The notes under the pieces: generated by a model | What the model was told of the DNA's origin: nothing | Database searches by the model: none | The model's input: the letters and a program-made list of their open reading frames with translations, nothing else | Made by a program: the position numbers and the translations under genes | Shown: positions 8,028 through 18,375 of the stretch, in pieces | How positions within the stretch are numbered: the first letter of the stretch is position 1 | Layout: the number at the start of each line of letters is the position of its first letter | Sequence record: SRR31156797_962 | Length of the DNA stretch: 64,000 bases | Strand: one strand, 5' to 3'

Positions 8028-9265
8028 TTGCTCCACCTCATCCAATCTTTAAGGGGGACGAATTTTCCGTCCGAAACAGTTGTGTAGTATACTTCGTCAA
8101 GTCCTTGGTGCTTGCCGCGTCCGAAATTAACCTCCGTACCTATCCCGATGTCCAGATTACGGATGGACAGGGTGGCAGCATATATGTTGCCCTCATATTG
8201 GGGCATGGAGACTTTTTCAAGAATCCGGGCCATAACCTTGGCGTTCAGGAACCCTTCAAAGCTGATGAAGCTGTATTGCAGGGGGGTGTAATCCTTGCCG
8301 AATCCTTCCGGCGGCGGTGGTGGATTATTAGTCATGGCTTCGCGGTATTCGCGAACAGCCGGAAGGCTGGTGTCCTCGTAGCTTGGGACTGTCTGGGAAT
8401 TGATCAGGTCTTTAGTATAATTTTTACCTGTTTTGCGGCTCAGACCGTCCAGCAGCTCCAGCATATTTTCACTGCCCACAAATGAAAGGTTGCATATGGG
8501 AACGTTTATCCCGGCATCTCTGGCATCGCGCACAAATGCAGCGTATGCTTCATAGGCTCCCACAGAAATTATCGCGTCGGGCTTGCCTTTTTTTATGATT
8601 TCCACTTGTTCGTGCATGGATTCATTGAAAGAGGCACCACGTCTATATGTGCTTTCGGCAATGATATCCATGCCTTTTTCCTTCAGGGCTTTTCTGATCC
8701 CGTCCCAACCGCTTCTGCCGTATGCATCGGCCTGATAGAATACAGCCACCCGGTGGCGCCCGATCATATAAAGGTTGTGGACCAACCCCCATGTTTCCTG
8801 TCGGTAGGATGCCCGTAGGTTGAAGACATATTCTTCGTAAGGAAATTCTCTTTGTGGTTGAGCTCCGGTAAAGGGGAAGAAGAGGTATTCCGGCTCTTGG
8901 GAATTGAAATGTTTGATAACCGGAAGTACGCGGGTCACTGTCGGGGTGCCCACGTAGTTGAAAAGACAGTCTACTTTATCTTTTTCCACCAGCTTGATGG
9001 TGTTGCGGATGGCAGGTTCGGGGTTATATCCATCATCCATGAACTTGATGACGACCTTGTGCCCGTTTATTCCGCCCTGTGCATTGACATGATTGAAATA
9101 AGCCATCGAACCCCGGTAAAGCTCGATTCCCAAGCCTTTGCTTGGGCCAGTAAAGGCCGCGGACATTCCAAGCAGGAAGGTCTTGTGTTTTTCTGCGGCG
9201 GCTGAGGGACAGAGCAGCAGGGAAGTCAGCAGGAGCAATACTAGCGTGGATAAGGCGTTATACAT
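8024..9265 (-). CDS. Periplasmic ligand-binding protein (type I, LivJ-like)
   Basis: Signal peptide; GMSAAFTG, GGING, DDGYNP, YVGTPT, RASY. Confidence 0.9.
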   Translation of the reverse strand: MYNALSTLVLLLLTSLLLCPSAAAEKHKTFLLGMSAAFTGPSKGLGIELYRGSMAYFNHVNAQGGINGHKVVIKFMDDGYNPEPAIRNTIKLVEKDKVDCLFNYVGTPTVTRVLPVIKHFNSQEPEYLFFPFTGAQPQREFPYEEYVFNLRASYRQETWGLVHNLYMIGRHRVAVFYQADAYGRSGWDGIRKALKEKGMDIIAESTYRRGASFNESMHEQVEIIKKGKPDAIISVGAYEAYAAFVRDARDAGINVPICNLSFVGSENMLELLDGLSRKTGKNYTKDLINSQTVPSYEDTSLPAVREYREAMTNNPPPPPEGFGKDYTPLQYSFISFEGFLNAKVMARILEKVSMPQYEGNIYAATLSIRNLDIGIGTEVNFGRGKHQGLDEVYYTTVSDGKFVPLKDWMRWSK

Positions 9266-9322
9266 ACCGGAAACCCCGGGGTTTTACAGCCGTACCCTCT
9301 TAAAAAACTCGAAGGTTCGGCA

Positions 9323-11089
9323 TTAGTTCATGTTGCTACGAGGTACTTTGCAAAACCTCGTTGATACCGGACGGTCAAGGTCGATTGATTCCGCTCCGGT
9401 TTCAATTTCAGAAATTTTAGTAATGAACAGATCTACCAGATCCTGATCCAGCTTCCCTTCAGCAGCTTCTAGAGAAAGAATCTTCAAGGCTCTTTCTTTG
9501 GGGGTCGCAGGTTTATAGTGCCGTTCCTGAGTAATGGCATCATATATGTCCACGATAGCGAGGATTCTGCTCTGGATAAGAATATCCTCAGCCAAAAGAC
9601 CTTCAGGGTATCCTGAACCGTCTAGCCTTTCATGGTGCTGACCAATGATAGTCAGCAGTTGGGAAAGGTCATCCTGAAAGGGAATATGTTCGAGGATGCG
9701 TTTGCTCTCAGCTGGGTGGCGTTCAATTTCCATACGTTCTTCAGCGGTAAGGTTGCCGCGGCGTACGGTCAAACATTTACGCTCATCAGGCTGGAGCATG
9801 TGAATTGTTGAGCCGTTGACCTTAAATTTGACGGTGCTGATGTTGTCGACAAAATCAAGATCCTCCTGAGCAGGACTTAAGGAACAGTTGATCTGTTTGA
9901 TTCTCTTATAGTCATTTTCCCATTCATGCATGTGGTGAATTCCGAAGAGCTTCAAGCGCATACCTATTACGTCAACCATGGATTTTGGCAGACGGGTTTT
10001 CTTGGTCAGCACTTCTTCTTTGATACCGATTTTACCGATGTCGTGAAGGATGCCGGAATAGAAAATTTCTCGGAGGTGTTCATCTGAAAAATTGATGTGG
10101 TCGAAGGTTGAATTGTCCTGCGAGATCTGTCTGGCAAAGGAAACCGCTAGATGGGCCACTCGTTCGGAATGTCCTGCTGTGAAGGGGTCCCGCGCGTCAA
10201 TTGCCTCGGCAAGTGCCTTGAGCAGAGCATCCATCAGGACCCGGATGGATTCAAAGTTGTAGGCGTTGCTGATGGAAATGCCGGCTACTGAGGAAAGTGT
10301 TCCCACATGCTTCAGGTGGGCAGCGTTGAATGAGTTTGTTGCGCATGAGGTCAGCACCAGTACTCCCTCACAGACATTAGGAGAGGGAATGGGCATGATA
10401 AGCATGGAGCGGATATTGGTGGAGAGCTTCCCCTGGCAACGTTTGTCTTTGCTGACATCATTGATGATCTCGCCGCGCAGGCTGGAGATGATGTCTTTGA
10501 ACAGTGAGCATTCCACAAGCCTCTGGGATTCCTCAACTGAAAAATTTCCGAAGCTGTCAAAGATGGTAAAACCTTCTTCTTCGGGCAGATAAACCGCACC
10601 CATCTCCGCAGGCAGTGCAGACGTCTTGCATTCGTTGGTCAGGGCGGTGATAACGTCCTTCAGCCGCAGGGAATTGTTCAGTTCTACGATTGAACGGTGC
10701 AGCAGGGCCAGTTCCCTGTATTTGGAAAGTGTTTCCTCGCCGATCAACCTTCTGGCGGTTTCGGATTCGATGTAGTTTGCGATGGAGAAAGAAGTGAACT
10801 CCAGAACTGATTTGATGTGTTGCAGTTCCGGTTCAGAAAGATTGTCGCGGTTGTGGATGAATGCCCCGAGACAGAGGTTGTCTCCAGCAGGATTTTTGAC
10901 TGGACTGAGAATTGTTTCTTCAAAAGAATGACGGACAGGCTCGGCACAGAAAATGGGAGTTCCGTCAATATAAACGCAGAGCACCGAGCCCTCGGGAAGA
11001 AGCGGAAGTGCCTTTTGCAAGAACGCTTTCAGCTTTTTGGGCTTGATGATTTTTTTTAGCCGTATTTCCGGATTCAGTCCTGCATTCAT
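9323..11089 (-). CDS. GAF plus HD-GYP c-di-GMP phosphodiesterase
   Basis: AGHSERVA, LHDIGK, HHERLDGSGYP, VDIYDA; GAF region upstream. Confidence 0.92.
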   Translation of the reverse strand: MNAGLNPEIRLKKIIKPKKLKAFLQKALPLLPEGSVLCVYIDGTPIFCAEPVRHSFEETILSPVKNPAGDNLCLGAFIHNRDNLSEPELQHIKSVLEFTSFSIANYIESETARRLIGEETLSKYRELALLHRSIVELNNSLRLKDVITALTNECKTSALPAEMGAVYLPEEEGFTIFDSFGNFSVEESQRLVECSLFKDIISSLRGEIINDVSKDKRCQGKLSTNIRSMLIMPIPSPNVCEGVLVLTSCATNSFNAAHLKHVGTLSSVAGISISNAYNFESIRVLMDALLKALAEAIDARDPFTAGHSERVAHLAVSFARQISQDNSTFDHINFSDEHLREIFYSGILHDIGKIGIKEEVLTKKTRLPKSMVDVIGMRLKLFGIHHMHEWENDYKRIKQINCSLSPAQEDLDFVDNISTVKFKVNGSTIHMLQPDERKCLTVRRGNLTAEERMEIERHPAESKRILEHIPFQDDLSQLLTIIGQHHERLDGSGYPEGLLAEDILIQSRILAIVDIYDAITQERHYKPATPKERALKILSLEAAEGKLDQDLVDLFITKISEIETGAESIDLDRPVSTRFCKVPRSNMN

Positions 11090-11099
11090 GGTGTTGCAA

Positions 11100-11486
11100 T
11101 CAGTCCTCAATGTTCAGGATGGATTTCGCTACCTCTAAAATTTCGTCCGGGTCGAAAGGTTTGGTCATATAGCGTTCAGCACCAAGCTCAAGTCCGTGCT
11201 TGCGGTCTGCTTCCTGACCCTTGGCAGTAAGTAGTATAATCTTCACGGCAGAAAGTTCCGGATCTTCACGAACTGCCTGACAGACTTCGTAACCATTCAT
11301 GTACGGCATCATGATATCCAGAAAAACCAGTTCCGGGCGTTCTTCGCGGATGCAGTCCAGCCCTTCCTCACCGTTTTCTGCTGTAAGCAGTTCGACCCCA
11401 TAGTCATCTTCCAGTTCTTCCAATGTCTGCTCAAGAAGCATCCTGATGTGGACTTCATCGTCCACAACTAGAATCTTTCCGGCCAT
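11100..11486 (-). CDS. Single-domain response regulator
   Basis: VVDDE, LDIMMP, LTAK, TKPF. Confidence 0.95.
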   Translation of the reverse strand: MAGKILVVDDEVHIRMLLEQTLEELEDDYGVELLTAENGEEGLDCIREERPELVFLDIMMPYMNGYEVCQAVREDPELSAVKIILLTAKGQEADRKHGLELGAERYMTKPFDPDEILEVAKSILNIED

Positions 11487-11675
11487 GAGTCCTCCCTATT
11501 TATTGCCAAATTGTGACCATATTTACATATTGTATTCAAAGTCGGCAAGGGGTAGGTTCAGGAAAATAGAAATTAATTCGTTTATTGCCAATGTAGTGTA
11601 TAATGCATCAAAAAGTAGGGAAATACTCACTTAATGTAGTGGTGACGTCTTGTTGGAAATAATATATTCTGAAAT

Positions 11676-12803
11676 ATGCCCGTCAGCTATTATTTTGGGG
11701 TTGCATTAATTTATATCTGTAACAGAATTAGTTGTATGATACAGTCCAAAGTTGATTCTAGATTTTTGGGAACGATCCAGGATTCGTTTCACGGTTTGCC
11801 GCCCATGCCGGGGCCGGTAAAGATTTTTTTTATGTTTCTTGCTGCAGGGCTTTTACTGCTCTTGATAGGTTACTGGCTTAAAAAATACGGCGCAAAAAAA
11901 TTTATTTTAGATTTATTGAAACAAACACCGTTCGGTATCCATGGTGGAGATGATGCCGAGGAAGGCCAGAGTAAAGGATCTGCTGGAAATGTAGGCCGTA
12001 ATGGCGGTCCCTGGAAGGTTGCAAGTGATCAGGACATTCTCAATAAGCTGGTCATGGGCCGGATGCAGGTGGATGTTCTTGTAGAACGTTCCGGGCAGCG
12101 TTCTCTGGCTGCCGTTGTAAATGCTGCCGGTGTGGAAAGTCTTGACGTGGTGGTGACCTTCAAGGATTTGGTCAGCGATGAATTTCTTGCTCCGGGGACT
12201 CAGGTTAAATGTATTTTTTCCGAAATGGTGCGGGACAAAAAAAAGGTAAATGCCTTTGTTGGACTTGTTAAAAGCAAGTCCGGTAACAAGGGGATGGTTA
12301 TAACCCGCCGTTCTTCTTTTGGTTTTATCAAGCGCAGAGTCTTTGCTCGGCGTAAAGTTGCGGATCAGCGGTACATTAAGATTAAGATCTGGCGTCTAGA
12401 AGCTGAGGATTATGACGTAGATTTTATTTTGGATAATATTGAGTCGGATGTGCTCATCGATAACCGCAAATTTCAGACACCCAACCCATCAGTCCCGCAG
12501 GTTCTTGATATTTCAAAGGGCGGTATAGCTTTGACCGCCACCTTCAGGGAGGGGGGAAATGTTATTTCACGCAATGACAAGGTGCTTTTGTGCATGTTGA
12601 TTTACCAGCCTGCACGCAAGACCTTTCAGCCTCATCTGATTTATGCGGAAGCCCGGGCTGCCCGCTCTATGGGCAGGGGAATGACCCGGTTAAGTTTTCA
12701 GTTCCTGCGTAGTTTGAGTGTCCCGCCCCGTAAACGCAGCACATTGTTTAAAGGACAGGCGGTTATGGCTATGAGTCTGGCCCATCCTGAAAGAGATAGT
12801 TAG
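11676..12803 (+). CDS. Membrane-anchored PilZ-domain protein (start uncertain, possibly 11736 or later)
   Basis: One TM helix; RRVFAR (RxxxR) and DISKGG (DxSxxG) motifs. Confidence 0.75.
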   Translation: MPVSYYFGVALIYICNRISCMIQSKVDSRFLGTIQDSFHGLPPMPGPVKIFFMFLAAGLLLLLIGYWLKKYGAKKFILDLLKQTPFGIHGGDDAEEGQSKGSAGNVGRNGGPWKVASDQDILNKLVMGRMQVDVLVERSGQRSLAAVVNAAGVESLDVVVTFKDLVSDEFLAPGTQVKCIFSEMVRDKKKVNAFVGLVKSKSGNKGMVITRRSSFGFIKRRVFARRKVADQRYIKIKIWRLEAEDYDVDFILDNIESDVLIDNRKFQTPNPSVPQVLDISKGGIALTATFREGGNVISRNDKVLLCMLIYQPARKTFQPHLIYAEARAARSMGRGMTRLSFQFLRSLSVPPRKRSTLFKGQAVMAMSLAHPERDS

Positions 12804-12806
12804 TTT

Positions 12807-14012
12807 ATGAAAAAGATATTGCTTCTGGTTCTGTTTTTGGTCCTTGTCGCCTGTGAACGTTCTGTTTCAATAGAAGTTGAAGAAAGTGAACATGCGGGAA
12901 TCTATCCGGACAAGGTTGTGCTTGGTGCTTCCCTCGCTCTTGAGGGTCATGCCAGTTATCTGGGAACCCAGACCATCCATGGGGCTCTTGCTTATCTGAA
13001 ACATATCAATGAGCAGGGCGGGATTCATGGTCGGGAAGTTGAAGTCGTTGCCTACGATGACTCCTATGATCCGCCGAAGTGTTTGATCAACACCCAGAAG
13101 TTGCTCATAGAAGATAAGATTTTTGCCTTGTTCTGTTATGTAGGAACCCCCACTACGGTGGAGGTCTTGCCGCTGGTGGAAGATGCCCGCATTCCGCTGC
13201 TGGGGATGTTTACCGGAGCCGATGCTTTGCGTAAGCCTTTCAACCGTTATGTCATCAACATCCGTCCTTCGTATTATCAGGAAACCCGTGAAGCTGTGCG
13301 CCACATGGTCGAAGACCTTGGAATCACGAAAATAGCGGTCTTTTATCAATATGATGCCTTTGGTTTTGACGGGCTTACCGGTACCGAGTTGGCCTTGAAG
13401 GATTTTGATCTTGAGCCGGTGGCGAGAGGATCATATACCCGCGGATCTCTTGATGTCAGTGAAGGTGTTGAGCGGATCAAGGATTCGGGGGCTCAGGCTG
13501 TGTTCATGATTGGAACCAGTGGTCCGTGCATCAAGTTTATGGATCGGTTGCAGCAGGAAGATGTTTCTCCGGTTTATTACACCGTATCATTTATGGGAGC
13601 GCGTGAATTTGCCCGTCACCTGAAATCGGATGAGGAACTTGTTATTATGTCGCAGGTGGTTCCTCCTTTTGCTGATGATCGGGACCTCTCCAGCTCAGAG
13701 GCGGCCAATTATATCGAGCTGCTCAAGAAGTATTATCCTGATGACACGCCTAATCTTGTGGGGCTGGAGGGATTCTTCAATGCCCGTATTCTTGTGGAGG
13801 GCTTGCAGCGTAGCGGACGCGATTTGGACCGTGAAGGCTTTATCAAGGCCATTGAGTCCATGAATAAATATGAAATCGCGCCGGGAATCACTGTTTCATA
13901 CGGTGAGCAGGATCATCAGGGTATGGATAAAGTTTATTTTACCCGTTTTAAGAACGGCAGGTTTGAGTTGATAAGGAATTGGGCCGAATTGAAACAGGGG
14001 GCATTGAAATGA
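12807..14012 (+). CDS. Periplasmic ligand-binding lipoprotein (type I), paralog of 8024..9265
   Basis: LVAC lipobox; GGIHG, DDSYDP, YVGTPT, RPSY. Confidence 0.9.
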   Translation: MKKILLLVLFLVLVACERSVSIEVEESEHAGIYPDKVVLGASLALEGHASYLGTQTIHGALAYLKHINEQGGIHGREVEVVAYDDSYDPPKCLINTQKLLIEDKIFALFCYVGTPTTVEVLPLVEDARIPLLGMFTGADALRKPFNRYVINIRPSYYQETREAVRHMVEDLGITKIAVFYQYDAFGFDGLTGTELALKDFDLEPVARGSYTRGSLDVSEGVERIKDSGAQAVFMIGTSGPCIKFMDRLQQEDVSPVYYTVSFMGAREFARHLKSDEELVIMSQVVPPFADDRDLSSSEAANYIELLKKYYPDDTPNLVGLEGFFNARILVEGLQRSGRDLDREGFIKAIESMNKYEIAPGITVSYGEQDHQGMDKVYFTRFKNGRFELIRNWAELKQGALK

Positions 14013-16039
14013 AAATGATTTCAATGCAGGAACTTGTTGAGCGCTTTTCGGGCCTTACCCTAAAGAATAAAATTTTTATCTCCACTCTCGGAGTTATCCT
14101 GATCATCAGTGCCATCATCGCGTTGCTGGCCCGCTGGATTCTTGTTTCATCACTGACCAAGGAACTGGAACTGCGCGGCGTAGCAATTGCTTATTCCATT
14201 GCCGAGCGCGGTGCCGGATATATTCTGGATAAAGATTATCCCCAGTTGCTTAGCCTTGCTTTTGAGGAAGCTAAACTTCGCGAGCGGCAGCATCTGATCA
14301 CCTACATATATATATTAGATCAAGACGGTAAGGTGCTTTGCCATACTTTCACCAAGCCTTTTCCAGAAAATCTGGCTCAGGCCAACCCCATTCCAGAGGG
14401 GGATGACAAGTCCCTGCGGCTTATTGATCTGGGAAAAACATCCGCTTATGATATTGCCGTTCCTATCAAGGAGGGGTTGTACCGTATCGGAACAGTGCAT
14501 GTGGGGCTGAATAAGATTCATATTGATCAGCTTGTCTCCACGCTCCGGTTTACCTTTCTGGGATTTATCTCATTTGTGGTTGTTATCATTTTTGTGATCA
14601 GTCACAGGTTGGCGAAGTATATCACCCAGCCGGTGAGTACCCTGACCCGTGTCTCAGATGAATTGTCCAAGGGGAATTTTGATATCAGTCTGGATTTGCT
14701 TGCCGGAGGTTCGGATTGGAATCCTTCAGCCTGTCCGGCTTACTACAACACTGATTTCCCCTGTTGGCATTTTGACCTGTCCACTATCGATGATAATCGT
14801 GAAGCGGGAGGCCGAGCCAACTTGCAGCAGTGCCGGGACTGTCATTTTTATTACAAGCGTGATGGGGATGAGGTGGTCCAACTAGGGGATAGTTTCCGTA
14901 ATATGGTCTGGTCCATCAAGCTTTACCGTCGCAAATTGCGTGATTCAGAGGAAAAGTACAAATCGCTGTTCGACAGCGGGCCGGACCCGGTTCTGGTTGT
15001 TTCTTGTGCCGATTTCACTATTATTGATGCCAACCCGCGTGTTACCGAACTTTATGGCTATTCCCGTAATGAACTTATCGGTGAACAGTTTTTAAGGCTG
15101 GGGCCGGAATCCAACGAGGAATGTATTAAGGCTTTTGAGGAATACGGCGGTCCTTCCGGCTGCATTTATTTCCCGAAGATCATTCATTACCGCAAGGGCG
15201 GAAGTCCGGTTTACGTGAATATGCATGCCTGTCCCATTACCTATAAGAGTCGGCCGTCCATAATCGTTGCGGTTAACGATATTACTGAAATTATTGAGAA
15301 AGATGCTCAGCTGGTGCAGGCTGCGAAAATGAAATCTCTCGGTGAAATGTCCGCCGGAGTGGCTCATGAGGTTAATCAGCCTCTCAACGCCATCAAGATG
15401 GGTAGTGAATATCTTGCCCTTATGGCTGAGCAGGGACGCGATGTTCCCGCCAGCCAGTTGCAGGAAGTAGCAAAAGAGGTCAGTAATCAGGTTGACCGTG
15501 CTGCCGAGATTATCAGTGCTTTGCGGGCTTTCGGGCGTAAGTCCGGCTTCAAGACCGATAAAGTGGACATCAATGCCCCCATACGCAGTGTGCTTGCTCT
15601 TGTTACCAAGCAGTTTGAATTGCAGAATATCTTTATCCACTTGAATCTCATGGACGGATTGACCAAGATTGTAGCTGAGGACAACCGCTTGCAGCAGGTG
15701 CTGTTCAACTTAGTTAATAATGCCCGTGACGCCATTGCCGAGAAGCGGGAAAACCTTGGGCTGGACAGCGAAGATTACATCAATATAGATACTTATGAAG
15801 ATGGAGAGTTGGTTTATGTGCGTGTTTCAGATACCGGGGCCGGTATTACCGAGGAAGTGCGCAACAAGATTTTTGAGCCATTTTTCAGTACCAAAGAGGT
15901 AGGATATGGCATGGGCTTGGGCCTTGCCATTACCTATGGCATAGTCAGAGACTATAAGGGCAGCATTGATATTGAAAGTGAACCTGGGAACGGAACGTCT
16001 TTCATAATCAGTTTTCCGGCTGCTCCGAATGAAAATTAG
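14009..16039 (+). CDS. Sensor histidine kinase (TM-HAMP with Cys-rich insert-PAS-HisKA-HATPase)
   Basis: AHEVNQPL H-box, [19 protein letters not shown] overlap with the binding-protein gene. Confidence 0.95.
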   Translation: MKMISMQELVERFSGLTLKNKIFISTLGVILIISAIIALLARWILVSSLTKELELRGVAIAYSIAERGAGYILDKDYPQLLSLAFEEAKLRERQHLITYIYILDQDGKVLCHTFTKPFPENLAQANPIPEGDDKSLRLIDLGKTSAYDIAVPIKEGLYRIGTVHVGLNKIHIDQLVSTLRFTFLGFISFVVVIIFVISHRLAKYITQPVSTLTRVSDELSKGNFDISLDLLAGGSDWNPSACPAYYNTDFPCWHFDLSTIDDNREAGGRANLQQCRDCHFYYKRDGDEVVQLGDSFRNMVWSIKLYRRKLRDSEEKYKSLFDSGPDPVLVVSCADFTIIDANPRVTELYGYSRNELIGEQFLRLGPESNEECIKAFEEYGGPSGCIYFPKIIHYRKGGSPVYVNMHACPITYKSRPSIIVAVNDITEIIEKDAQLVQAAKMKSLGEMSAGVAHEVNQPLNAIKMGSEYLALMAEQGRDVPASQLQEVAKEVSNQVDRAAEIISALRAFGRKSGFKTDKVDINAPIRSVLALVTKQFELQNIFIHLNLMDGLTKIVAEDNRLQQVLFNLVNNARDAIAEKRENLGLDSEDYINIDTYEDGELVYVRVSDTGAGITEEVRNKIFEPFFSTKEVGYGMGLGLAITYGIVRDYKGSIDIESEPGNGTSFIISFPAAPNEN

Positions 16040-16070
16040 TTTTTAAGTTTAATGTAAAGTTATTCAGGGG

Positions 16071-16790
16071 TTGGGCGTGAGTAGAATTCTTGTAATTGAT
16101 GATGAAAAGGCAACCTTGAACATGTTCAAGATGCTCTTGACCGCTTACGGTCATGAGGTCCTTACTGCCGAGAACGGCGAGGACGGGATCAGTGCTTTTG
16201 ATACCGAAAAGCCTGATCTGGTCATGACAGACATAAAAATGCCCGGTATGGACGGTTTGCAGGTGCTCGGGAAAATCAAATCAATTTCTCCTGATTCCGA
16301 GGTTATTGTGATCACCGGACACGGTGATATGGACCTTGCGATCAAGGCGCTTAACCTTGATGCCACGGATTTTCTGAACAAACCGGTCAAGCGCGAGGAG
16401 CTTGAAAAGGCCCTGAAGCTTTCAGCAGACAGGATTGAATTTGCTCGTAGCAGGCAAAAAGACATTGTGTTGACCCTTGAAGATGATCTGGCGGTGATCA
16501 ATGTCAGCGGAAACTTGACTTCCAAATCAGAAGGTCTGTTACAGGATGTTTTTGATGAGGCTCTTGCCACCGCTAAGGGAAGTTTTCTGCTTGTTTTTGA
16601 AGAAAAATCTTCCATCAACGGAGCGGCAATAGATTCCCTCTTCAAGCTGGTGGAAAAGGCCCGTACCCGTGGTTGCGGCGTGCACATCGCCGGGCTTTCC
16701 GAGAATTTCCGCTCCGTACTCGATTCCATGGGCATCACCCAGATGGCCTCTGTTTATGAAACAGAGCAGGAGGCGCGGGGGAGTTTGTAG
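16071..16790 (+). CDS. Response regulator with C-terminal STAS-like domain
   Basis: REC (IDDE, TDIKMP, TGHG, NKP) followed by an anti-sigma-antagonist-like domain. Confidence 0.88.
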   Translation: MGVSRILVIDDEKATLNMFKMLLTAYGHEVLTAENGEDGISAFDTEKPDLVMTDIKMPGMDGLQVLGKIKSISPDSEVIVITGHGDMDLAIKALNLDATDFLNKPVKREELEKALKLSADRIEFARSRQKDIVLTLEDDLAVINVSGNLTSKSEGLLQDVFDEALATAKGSFLLVFEEKSSINGAAIDSLFKLVEKARTRGCGVHIAGLSENFRSVLDSMGITQMASVYETEQEARGSL

Positions 16791-16867
16791 GATAAGGGGT
16801 GGGTTTAAGAATCTCAAAACCTTATAATAGGTTTCGCCGCTAGCGCGGGAGAATGGTTTTCAAAAAT

Positions 16868-16904
16868 AAAACCGCCCTGAGTTTGGTTACTCAGGGCGGT
16901 TTTT
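16868..16904. terminator. Bidirectional intrinsic terminator
   Basis: AAAACCGCCCTGAGT-TTGGTT-ACTCAGGGCGGTTTTT between convergent genes. Confidence 0.85.
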
Positions 16905-16922
16905 GGTCTAAATGGATTGGGT

Positions 16923-17984
16923 CTAATTATACGACCGATATGTCTTCCTGTTCCGTCGCAACTGATATTTTTTAACCGCAGCATTGTGCTCTTTGAGAGA
17001 TTTGCTGAAATAGTGAGAACCATCCCCCTTGGCTACGAAATAGAGGTAGGAATGCTTTTCCGGGTTAAGGGCCGCCTTGAGGGAGTCGAGGCCCGGTGAG
17101 CAGATGGGGCCGGGGGGCAGGCCCCGGTGCTGGTAGGAGTTGTAGGGGTTGGACTTGTCGGTCAAATGCTTTTTGCGCAGGTTGCCGTCAAAGGTCTCAC
17201 CCAAGCCGTAAATGATGGTCGGGTCGCATTGCAGCAGGTAACCTTTCCGAAGGCGGTTGGCAAAAACCCCGGCAATAGTGCGCCGTTCGCTCACATCCCC
17301 GGTTTCCTTTTCCACTAGAGAAGCAAGGATTACGGTCTTGTGGATTTCAGCAGGAGAGGGAAGCTTGCCGTCCCAAGCCTTGTTTGCTGCCTTGCGGAAT
17401 TCCTTGAGCATGGTTTCGACCATGATCTTTCCGGTTTCATTTTTAGGTCTGGTCAGCAGGTAGGTTTCCGGAAAAAGATAGCCCTCGGCATTTTGGGCCG
17501 GAATTTTATATTTAGCCAGCAGCGTCGGATCGGATATTGCCTGTTTGAATGCTGCGTACTCGGTCAACCCTGATTCGTCTGCTTTTGCGGCAGTGGCCCA
17601 CCAAGTGATTCCTTCGCGTACGGAAAATTTATGCAGGATGCCGGAAGAGGTAGTCAGGGTTTCAAGTACCTGCGGAGCAGTCATATTGGACCAGAGGCTG
17701 AATTCTCCGGCCCGGACCTTGGAAGCTTTGCCTTGCGCCTGTGCATATTCACGGAACTGCTTGACATTGGTAATAAGTCCGGCCTCGGCAAGGTCGCTTG
17801 CGACGGTCCAAAGGGGTTGACCCGGTTCAACGGTAAAAAGAATCTCGCGTCCTTCCAGTTCAGGAGGGACATTGAGGAAGGTCCAGTTGCGGTACATGAA
17901 CCAGCCCGCTATCAGCATCAGTGCCATGCAACCGAAGGCAATGGCGGGCATTACATAACGTAGTACTATGCTCGGGCGAGCCAC
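16923..17984 (-). CDS. mltG: Endolytic transglycosylase MltG (start uncertain; GTG at 17984 assumed)
   Basis: EGYLFPETY, ASLVEKET, LQCDPT, GLPPGPICSPG, YLYFVA. Confidence 0.95.
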   Translation of the reverse strand: MARPSIVLRYVMPAIAFGCMALMLIAGWFMYRNWTFLNVPPELEGREILFTVEPGQPLWTVASDLAEAGLITNVKQFREYAQAQGKASKVRAGEFSLWSNMTAPQVLETLTTSSGILHKFSVREGITWWATAAKADESGLTEYAAFKQAISDPTLLAKYKIPAQNAEGYLFPETYLLTRPKNETGKIMVETMLKEFRKAANKAWDGKLPSPAEIHKTVILASLVEKETGDVSERRTIAGVFANRLRKGYLLQCDPTIIYGLGETFDGNLRKKHLTDKSNPYNSYQHRGLPPGPICSPGLDSLKAALNPEKHSYLYFVAKGDGSHYFSKSLKEHNAAVKKYQLRRNRKTYRSYN

Positions 17985-18373
17985 GTTTCCAGAATTATTT
18001 TCGCTGCCTGGCTGTCCAGATTCTTCTTTCTTTTCCGGTCCCAAAGTCCGGCCTCCTTGAGTTCGTCTTCCGCTGCAATTGAGCTGAGTCTTTCATCAAC
18101 AAGATGAATGGGTAAGTCAACCCTTCTTTCCAGTGAGGCCGCAAAGTTGCGCACCTGGCGGGTGGTCAGGGTGTCTTCCCCATCCAGAGATAAGGGAAGG
18201 CCGATGACAATGTCACCGACCTTTTCATTTTCTATAATTTCAAGCAACTCCGAGAACATCGCATCACGGGTTGTGCGTTCCATCACTTTTAAAGGAAAAG
18301 CAAATACTTTTTCCGGATCTGTGATAGCAAGACCCACGCGTTTCATCCCGAAGTCTATGCCTAGTGCTTTCAT
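17966..18373 (-). CDS. ruvX: YqgF/RuvX pre-16S rRNA nuclease
   Basis: LGIDFGMKRVGLA, GLP, DERLSS, DSQAA. Confidence 0.95.
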   Translation of the reverse strand: MKALGIDFGMKRVGLAITDPEKVFAFPLKVMERTTRDAMFSELLEIIENEKVGDIVIGLPLSLDGEDTLTTRQVRNFAASLERRVDLPIHLVDERLSSIAAEDELKEAGLWDRKRKKNLDSQAAKIILETWLARA

Positions 18374-18375
18374 AT

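Noticed and set aside
14831-14845. CRDCH as a c-type heme-binding motif
   Set aside because: It lies in the cytoplasmic HAMP region, out of reach of periplasmic cytochrome c maturation, and is better explained as part of a four-Cys metal site.
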